This document shows, one piece after another, positions 25,781 to 32,000 of a stretch of DNA of 32,000 bases; positions within the stretch are counted from its first letter, which is position 1; every line of letters starts with the position of its first letter. A model generated the notes under the pieces. That model made no database searches. It worked only from the letters and a program-made list of their open reading frames with translations, and was not told the DNA's origin. The stretch is from NCBI RefSeq assembly GCF_003966335.1, contig NZ_CP034549.1:480001-512000 (forward strand). Direction: 5' to 3'. The DNA is from Nonlabens ponticola. Lineage in GTDB: Bacteria; Bacteroidota; Bacteroidia; Flavobacteriales; Flavobacteriaceae. The position numbers were made by a program, and so were the translations under genes.

Positions 25781-25788
25781 TATCTTTG
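25781..25788 (+). promoter_or_regulatory. candidate -7 promoter box TATCTTTG for sdhCAB
   Basis: Matches TAnnTTTG, 21 nt upstream of the preferred sdhC ATG (25810). A TTG lies ~20 nt upstream at 25758..25760. Confidence 0.4.
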
Positions 25789-25809
25789 CAGCAATTTAAA
25801 AATCGATAC

Positions 25810-26481
25810 ATGAGCGCATTAGTGAAATCTTCTCTTGCACGCAAATGGGTAATGGCCCTTTCTGGTTTGTTTCTTGTGGTCTTCTTGACGCAGCACTTTA
25901 CCATCAACATTACTTCTGTAATTGCACCAGACACTTTTAATGAGTGGTCGCATTTCATGGGTTACAATCCGCTGGTACAATTTGTACTGCAACCTATCCT
26001 TATAGGTGGACTTATCGTTCACTTTGTAATGGGTATCGTGCTGGAATATCAAAATAACAAGGCACGCCCGATTAAATACAAGAACTTTAACGGTAACGCA
26101 AATAGTGCATGGGTTTCTAGAAATATGATTATCACAGGTCTTGTGGTACTGGCTTTTTTAGGGTTGCACATGTATGATTTCTGGGCACATGAGATGACTT
26201 ACAAGTATGTCGCTTTTCTAGAAGAGGACAGCACGAGATATTACGGTGAGACCGTGGCAAAATTCCAACCGTTCTGGCGTGTGGTGATTTATGTGATCTC
26301 GTTCATCTTGCTTGCGATGCACTTATGGCATGGGTTTAACAGCTCTTTCCAGTCCATGGGTGTAAAGAGTGTCAAAAAAGGCGACACATTAAGAAAGGTA
26401 ACTTATGCATGGGCCGTATTGATCCCAGCTGGTTTTATCTTCATCGCCATCTATCATCATCTTAATCCTGTAACAGCATAA
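25810..26481 (+). CDS. sdhC: succinate dehydrogenase/fumarate reductase cytochrome b subunit (b558 single-subunit anchor)
   Basis: The track ORF begins at the TTG at 25786, but I prefer the ATG at 25810 ([22 protein letters not shown]...). It has five predicted TM helices with conserved His residues and lies immediately upstream of sdhA. Confidence 0.9.
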   Translation: MSALVKSSLARKWVMALSGLFLVVFLTQHFTINITSVIAPDTFNEWSHFMGYNPLVQFVLQPILIGGLIVHFVMGIVLEYQNNKARPIKYKNFNGNANSAWVSRNMIITGLVVLAFLGLHMYDFWAHEMTYKYVAFLEEDSTRYYGETVAKFQPFWRVVIYVISFILLAMHLWHGFNSSFQSMGVKSVKKGDTLRKVTYAWAVLIPAGFIFIAIYHHLNPVTA

Positions 26482-26483
26482 TT

Positions 26484-28487
26484 ATGGCAGTTTTAGAATC
26501 TAAAGTACCCGTAGGACCCATTGCTGAAAAATGGACTACGCATAAGAATACAATCAATCTGGTAAACCCAGCCAACAAACGTAACATTGATGTTATCGTT
26601 GTAGGTACCGGTCTTGCTGGTAGTAGTGCCGCAGCAACTTTAGGTGAGCTGGGCTATAACGTCAAGACTTTTTGTTATAATGATTCACCACGTCGTGCTC
26701 ACTCGATTGCTGCACAAGGTGGTATTAACGCTGCCAAAAACTATCAAGGTGATGGTGATTCTAACTACCGCTTGTTTTATGACACGGTAAAAGGTGGTGA
26801 CTATAGATCTCGCGAGGCAAACGTTTACCGTCTTGCAGAGGTTTCTTCAAATATCATTGATCAATGTGTGGCGCAAGGTGTTCCTTTTGCCCGTGAATAT
26901 GGTGGATTGCTTGACAACCGCTCTTTTGGTGGTGTATTGGTTTCTAGAACATTTTATGCCGCTGGACAAACAGGGCAACAATTATTACTAGGTGCCTACA
27001 GCGCGCTTAACAGACAAATAAACCGCGGTAAAGTGGTACCATTTAACCGTCATGAGATGTTAGATCTTGTGGTTGTAGATGGTAAGGCTCGTGGCATCAT
27101 CGCTCGTAACTTGGTTACTGGCGAGATTGAAAGACATGGAGCACATGCCGTGGTCATCGCATCTGGTGGTTATGGTAATGTTTTCTTCCTATCGACTAAT
27201 GCGATGGGAAGTAACGTGATGGCTGCCTGGAGAACACACAGACGTGGCGCTTATTTTGCCAATCCATGTTTTACACAAATACACCCAACCTGTATTCCAG
27301 TAAGTGGTGAGCACCAGTCAAAACTGACCTTGATGTCAGAATCCTTGCGTAATGATGGACGTATCTGGGTTCCTAAAAAGAAAGAAGATGCTGAAGCCGT
27401 ACGCGCAGGAAAACTGAAAGGTGTCAACATTCCAGAAGAAGATAGAGATTACTACCTAGAGCGCAGGTATCCTGCCTTTGGTAATCTAGTACCTCGTGAT
27501 GTAGCCTCAAGAGCTGCCAAGGAGCGTTGTGATGAAGGTTATGGTGTGAACAAAACAGGTCAGGCCGTTTATCTTGACTTTAGCGCTGCATTCTTGAGAT
27601 ATGGTAAGGTTGAGGCCTTGACAAGCGGTAATAAAGACGCTAGCGAGGAAGAAATGATCAAGCTGGGTAAAGAGGTAATCCGCAAGAAGTATGGTAACCT
27701 GTTTGACATGTACCAGAACATTGCAGACGATAATCCGTATGAAGTACCTATGAAGATTTTCCCAGCGGTACACTATACCATGGGTGGTCTTTGGGTAGAT
27801 TACAACTTACAAACTACTGTTCCTGGTTGTTTTGCAGCTGGTGAGGCAAACTTCTCTGACCACGGTGCCAACCGTCTAGGTGCGAGCGCCTTGATGCAAG
27901 GTCTAGCCGATGGTTATTTTGTATTGCCATACACAATAGGTGATTATCTAGCTGACGAGATTAGAACTGGTGAGATTTCAACGGACACCCGAGAATTTGA
28001 AGAGGCTGAAAAGTCTACTAGAGAGCGCATCGAGAAATTGATGAGTGGTTCTGGAACGCACAGTGTGGATTACTACCACAAGAAGCTGGGTCTCATCATG
28101 TGGAACAAATGTGGTATGTCCCGTAATGCAGAAGATCTGCAAAAAGCGATGGATGAAATCGCAGAATTAAGAGCAGATTTTTGGAAAAATGTACGTGTGC
28201 CAGGTAGCGCAGATACTAAAAACCAAGAGCTTGAGAAAGCAGGTCGTGTAGCAGACTTCCTAGAATTAGGTGAGTTGTTTGCTAAGGATGCCTTAACAAG
28301 AAATGAGAGTTGTGGTGGTCACTTCCGTGAGGAATACCAAACACCAGAAGGTGAGGCCTTGAGAGATGACGAGAACTTTGCTTTTGTAAGTGCGTGGGAA
28401 TACAACGAGAATCCGCGTGATGCTCGCCTGCACAAAGAGCAGTTGGAGTTTGAGAATATTGAGGTGAAGACACGTTCGTATAAATAA
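26484..28487 (+). CDS. sdhA: succinate dehydrogenase/fumarate reductase flavoprotein subunit
   Basis: 667-aa ORF with the FAD motif [12 protein letters not shown], the covalent-FAD region [14 protein letters not shown], and HYTMGG. Confidence 0.95.
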   Translation: MAVLESKVPVGPIAEKWTTHKNTINLVNPANKRNIDVIVVGTGLAGSSAAATLGELGYNVKTFCYNDSPRRAHSIAAQGGINAAKNYQGDGDSNYRLFYDTVKGGDYRSREANVYRLAEVSSNIIDQCVAQGVPFAREYGGLLDNRSFGGVLVSRTFYAAGQTGQQLLLGAYSALNRQINRGKVVPFNRHEMLDLVVVDGKARGIIARNLVTGEIERHGAHAVVIASGGYGNVFFLSTNAMGSNVMAAWRTHRRGAYFANPCFTQIHPTCIPVSGEHQSKLTLMSESLRNDGRIWVPKKKEDAEAVRAGKLKGVNIPEEDRDYYLERRYPAFGNLVPRDVASRAAKERCDEGYGVNKTGQAVYLDFSAAFLRYGKVEALTSGNKDASEEEMIKLGKEVIRKKYGNLFDMYQNIADDNPYEVPMKIFPAVHYTMGGLWVDYNLQTTVPGCFAAGEANFSDHGANRLGASALMQGLADGYFVLPYTIGDYLADEIRTGEISTDTREFEEAEKSTRERIEKLMSGSGTHSVDYYHKKLGLIMWNKCGMSRNAEDLQKAMDEIAELRADFWKNVRVPGSADTKNQELEKAGRVADFLELGELFAKDALTRNESCGGHFREEYQTPEGEALRDDENFAFVSAWEYNENPRDARLHKEQLEFENIEVKTRSYK

Positions 28488-28501
28488 GAATTTAATTATT
28501 A

Positions 28502-28517
28502 CGCTTTCGCGAAAGCG
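28502..28517. repeat. CGCTTTCGCGAAAGCG palindromic element inside the sdhA-sdhB spacer
   Basis: Exact 16-mer, in the context TTACGCTTTCGCGAAAGCGCAA. Confidence 0.9.
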
Positions 28518-28540
28518 CAATAGACCAAATACAACAAAGT

Positions 28541-29287
28541 ATGAAACTTACTTTAAAAGTGTGGAGACAAGAAGGCCCAGATACTAAGGGTAAAATGGTT
28601 ACCTATCCGCTAGACGGCGTTGATGGTGATATGTCTTTTCTTGAAATGATGGATATCCTGAACGAAAATTTGATCAACAAGGGCGAAGTGCCTGTGGAGT
28701 TTGATCACGATTGTCGTGAAGGTATTTGTGGTAGCTGTAACATGATGATCAATGGTGAGCCACATGGTCCCGCCAAAATGATCACGACCTGCCAGCTGCA
28801 CATGCGTAAATTTAACGACGGTGACACAATCACTATTGAGCCGTGGAGAGCAAAAGCATTTCCAGTAATCAAGGATTTAATTGTTGACCGTAGTGCTTTT
28901 GATCGTATCCAACAGGCTGGTGGTTATATCTCGGTAAACACTTCAGGAAACACTCAAGATGCAAATAGTATTCCAATTGAGAAAGAGAAGGCAGACGAGG
29001 CATTTTACGCAGCTACCTGTATAGGTTGTGGCGCGTGTGTTGCCGCTTGTAAGAACGCAAGTGCGATGCTATTTACCAGTGCAAAAATCTCACAGTATGC
29101 ATTGTTACCACAAGGAGAAATTGAGGCAACAGATCGTGTACAAGCGATGGTGCGCCAGATGGATGAAGAAGGATTTGGTAACTGTACCAACACAGGAGCT
29201 TGTATGGTAGAATGTCCTAAAGGCATCAAGTTAGAAAATATCGCAAGAATGAACCGTGAGTATTTAAAAGCAGAGACGATTGCTTAA
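28541..29287 (+). CDS. sdhB: succinate dehydrogenase/fumarate reductase iron-sulfur subunit
   Basis: 248-aa ORF with Cys clusters [20 protein letters not shown] and [12 protein letters not shown]. Confidence 0.95.
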   Translation: MKLTLKVWRQEGPDTKGKMVTYPLDGVDGDMSFLEMMDILNENLINKGEVPVEFDHDCREGICGSCNMMINGEPHGPAKMITTCQLHMRKFNDGDTITIEPWRAKAFPVIKDLIVDRSAFDRIQQAGGYISVNTSGNTQDANSIPIEKEKADEAFYAATCIGCGACVAACKNASAMLFTSAKISQYALLPQGEIEATDRVQAMVRQMDEEGFGNCTNTGACMVECPKGIKLENIARMNREYLKAETIA

Positions 29288-29310
29288 CACATAGTTCTCA
29301 AGTAATATCT

Positions 29311-29342
29311 AAAATCCCGATCTGTTGATCGGGATTTTTTTG
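29311..29342 (+). terminator. rho-independent terminator of sdhCAB
   Basis: ATCCCGATC-TGTT-GATCGGGAT stem followed by a T7 run. Confidence 0.85.
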
Positions 29343-29408
29343 TTATTGATTATCGCTGCTCAATACATCATAACGGCTTGACTATATTTAAACACACTAA
29401 TAGATCAA

Positions 29409-31373
29409 ATGCAAAGAGCTTATTATTCAAAATCACTTACCAAATTTATATTAGAAAGCGAATCCTCCATTTTGGGTGAGTTATCCTCAAAACATGCCAA
29501 CAGGCAATTGGACGAGCTGCAAATCAATGCATGGAAATCCCAAATTAAAATACTAAGAGAGAAGGTTAATGGTCAAAAGGGAAAAATCTATTTTGAGTTT
29601 GCCATACCACGCATGGGTAAACGCGTTGATAATATCATAATCATTCACGATACTATTTTCATAGTAGAGTTTAAAGTGAATGATAGAATCTATTCTAAGA
29701 ATGCTATCGAGCAAGCGATAGATTACACGATAGACCTTAAGAATTTTCATGAAGGCAGTCATAAAGCTAAACTTATACCTGTTGTTGTATCCACTAAAGC
29801 GAAAAATTGGCCTGAGAACACTGATGCTGTTAAACACTTTCACACAGCCGCAAAAGCTAATCAAAGTAATCTCAAACAAGTACTAGATCAATACATTGAA
29901 GTAAGCAATGAACCGATCAACATTGAGAATTGGGAAAACTCTCTTTACAAACCAACTCCAACTATAGTTCAAGCAGCACAAGCTCTATACAAAGGCCACA
30001 ACGTTGAAGAAATTACAAGGTCCGACTCGGGAGCGATCAATTTATCAAAAACGGCTGATTGCATTAACGACATCATCCATAATTCAAAAAACAATAAACT
30101 AAAATCTATTTGTTTTGTAACTGGCGTCCCAGGAGCTGGAAAAACTCTTGCTGGACTTAATGTGGCTGTTGACAGAATGAATACGGACAAAGATGAACAT
30201 GCTGTTTTCCTTTCTGGTAACGGTCCTCTTGTAGAGGTATTAAGAGAAGCACTTACAAGAGACGAAGTTGCGACTGAAAAATTGAGAGGAAACAAATTGA
30301 CTAAAAAGAAGGCAGCGATTAAAGCCAATTCTTTTATTCAAAACATTCATCATTTTAGAGATGATAACCTGCTTTCAAATAAAGCTCCGGTAGAAAGGGT
30401 TGTAGTTTTTGATGAGGCACAACGTGCCTGGACAAAGCATCAAACCAGCTCATTTATGCGACGCAAAAAGGGAAAAGACGATTTTGACATGTCTGAACCA
30501 GAATTTTTAATAAGTGTAATGGATCGACATACAGATTGGTGTACAATTGTTTGCCTTATAGGTGGTGGTCAAGAAATCAATACAGGCGAAGCAGGTCTTG
30601 AAGAATGGATTAAATCATTAGCACGGAGCTTTCCGGATTGGCAAATTCACTTTTCTACACCGATACTTACGCAATCTAATTATCTTAAATCTGAAGCGTC
30701 AAAGAGCTTTCTAGTGAAAAATGGTCATCAAACACGAGACTTGCATTTGTCTGTCTCGATTAGATCATTTCGTTCAGAGAAATTATCAAGGTTTATTCAT
30801 GAGATGCTGGAACTCAATTTGAGTCACGCTCAAAATTTGTTCAAGGAAATTAAAAATGACTATCCGATAGTAATCACAAGAGATCTTGAAAAAGCGAAGA
30901 AATGGATGAAATCAAAAGCCTTGGGAACAGAGCGAATTGGATTAGTTGCCTCTTCTGGAGCTCGTAGATTGCGACCCAAAGGAATAGATGTGAAAAACGA
31001 AATCTCTGCCTCAAATTGGTTTTTAAATGACAGCACTGATATCAGATCATCATATTTTTTAGAAGATGTTGCTACCGAGTTCGATATTCAAGGGCTTGAA
31101 ATTGATTGGTGTTGCGTCGCATGGGGCGCTAACTTTTATCTTAAAGATTCAGAATGACAATATCAGAACCTCAAGGGAACTAAATGGCAAAACATCAATA
31201 AAACAGAACTTCAAGAATATTTAAAAAACACCTATCGAGTCCTTTTAACTAGAGCAAGACAAGGAATGATCATTTACATTCCAGAAGGTGATGTTTCTGA
31301 CATTACAAGGGCGGACGAATTTTATGATGAAACTTTTGATTACTTCAAGTCAGTAGGAGTTTTTGAAATATAA
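29409..31373 (+). pseudogene. DUF2075-type nuclease-helicase (Schlafen-like/COG3410 ATPase) interrupted by an in-frame TGA at 31155..31157
   Basis: The 582-aa ORF carries a PD-(D/E)xK-like motif (RVDNIIIIHDTIFIVEFK), Walker A GVPGAGKT (30123..30146) and Walker B VVVFDEAQ (DE at 30411..30416). The same frame continues after the TGA for 72 codons (QYQNLKGTKWQN...YRVLLTRARQGMIIYIP...VGVFEI*) to the TAA at 31371..31373. That stretch contains the helicase C-terminal LTRAR motif. Confidence 0.8.
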
Positions 31374-31390
31374 TTTGTATGTACATGTTA

Positions 31391-31424
31391 AACGAGCTGC
31401 CACATCTGGCAGCTCATTGTTTAA
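31391..31424. terminator. bidirectional stem-loop terminator between convergent genes
   Basis: GAGCTGCCA-CATC-TGGCAGCTC stem (9 bp, extendable with one mismatch), followed by ATTGTTT. Confidence 0.65.
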
Positions 31425-31468
31425 TTACTTTCAAGGCAGAAAAAATTGCTGATAAGCAAAATACTTTT

Positions 31469-32000
31469 TTAATCCCTCAAATACTCCTGAACATCTACCA
31501 CATCATACACTGGACTGTACCTCATGAATTCCTGAAAGAAAGCAATGTGTGTGGCTCCTTGTAAGATCAAGACACGATCGTCTGGCTGGATATCTAGGCG
31601 GTTGATATTGGCAAACATGCGCAAGTTGCGCTTATAAAAGTCTGCTGCTACGTCCGCACCTTCAAAATTGCCGTCTGTATTGACATAAGTGAGCAAGTCT
31701 GAATTGGCGTGCTTTAAAAAACTGATGTATTCTGGTGAGTTGGTAAAGCGGTACAACTGTTTAGTGGTTGCCGTTTGTTCTAATGCAGCAGCTTTTTGAA
31801 GCAATGGCATCAATTGAGCATAATATTTATTGACGGCCTGAGTGTTGAGTGAGTCTGCCATTTGACCTATGCGGCCGTAATCATATCCCATTTTGTGATC
31901 AATCGCGTGCAACGTAGCGCCACTGGATCTGGCTATTTGAAATGCTAGCAAGCCTACCTCACCGCCATAGGTGCTCAGCTCAGTTGGATTGGCGATATAG
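31469..32000 (-). CDS. hypothetical protein, C-terminal part (N-terminus lies beyond the window end)
   Basis: The frame is open from the stop at 31469 to the window end. The 'M' in the track at 31951 is a TTG, and the codons upstream of it (…YIANPTELSTYGGEVGL) stay in frame. I could not assign a domain confidently. Confidence 0.6.
   Translation of the reverse strand, partial: YIANPTELSTYGGEVGLLAFQIARSSGATLHAIDHKMGYDYGRIGQMADSLNTQAVNKYYAQLMPLLQKAAALEQTATTKQLYRFTNSPEYISFLKHANSDLLTYVNTDGNFEGADVAADFYKRNLRMFANINRLDIQPDDRVLILQGATHIAFFQEFMRYSPVYDVVDVQEYLRD

Noticed and set aside
25786-25809. TTG start for sdhC given by the ORF track.
   Set aside because: That start would overlap the TAnnTTTG promoter box at 25781..25788. 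The ATG at 25810 gives the typical N-terminus [13 protein letters not shown], so I preferred it.
1739-28517. Whether the repeated palindromes constitute a CRISPR array.
   Set aside because: The copies are dispersed over 27 kb at irregular multi-kb spacing, several lie inside genes, and there are no adjacent cas genes. This is not an array.
31155-31157. Possibility that the TGA is decoded as Trp/Gly (alternative genetic code) in the DUF2075 gene.
   Set aside because: TGA terminates at least three well-delimited genes in this window (ending at 21337, 22797 and 24887), with no in-frame continuation of recognisable protein. Standard code 11 therefore applies.

Overview
The window looks like a chromosomal segment from a Bacteroidota genome, probably Flavobacteriaceae. 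That placement is an inference from gene content, the single-subunit cytochrome b SDH, TAnnTTTG promoter boxes and the absence of obvious Shine-Dalgarno sites. The core content is as follows. On the minus strand there is a complete Bat/MoxR aerotolerance-type operon (moxR, DUF58, membrane protein, batA, batB, batC, batD). The remaining core genes are two SDR oxidoreductases (one with a TetR regulator and paired palindromic operators), hemB, a CNNM/CorC transporter, an Xaa-Pro aminopeptidase, a TPM-domain protein, a large Asp-box/BNR (sortilin-like) protein, a DUF421 protein and sdhCAB. Four AT-rich accessory insertions interrupt this core. (1) A four-helix-bundle gene flanked by 29-bp inverted repeats sits inside the Bat operon. 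(2) A 1.4-kb insertion with two paralogous secreted proteins is bounded by a duplicated hemB 3' end. (3) A two-gene island at about 21.34-25.05 kb encodes a PD-(D/E)xK + DUF2971 protein and a GHKL-ATPase + Shedu-like (DUF4263-type) nuclease protein. I rank this island as the best candidate for an undescribed defence system. (4) A DUF2075 nuclease-helicase gene carries an in-frame TGA. A 14-22 bp perfect palindrome (GCTTTCGCGAAAGC core) occurs 7 times plus one split/extended copy, and three copies lie in frame inside coding sequences. I found no rRNA, tRNA, CRISPR array, integrase or transposase. All domain calls come from motifs read by eye in the supplied translations. No database search was run.
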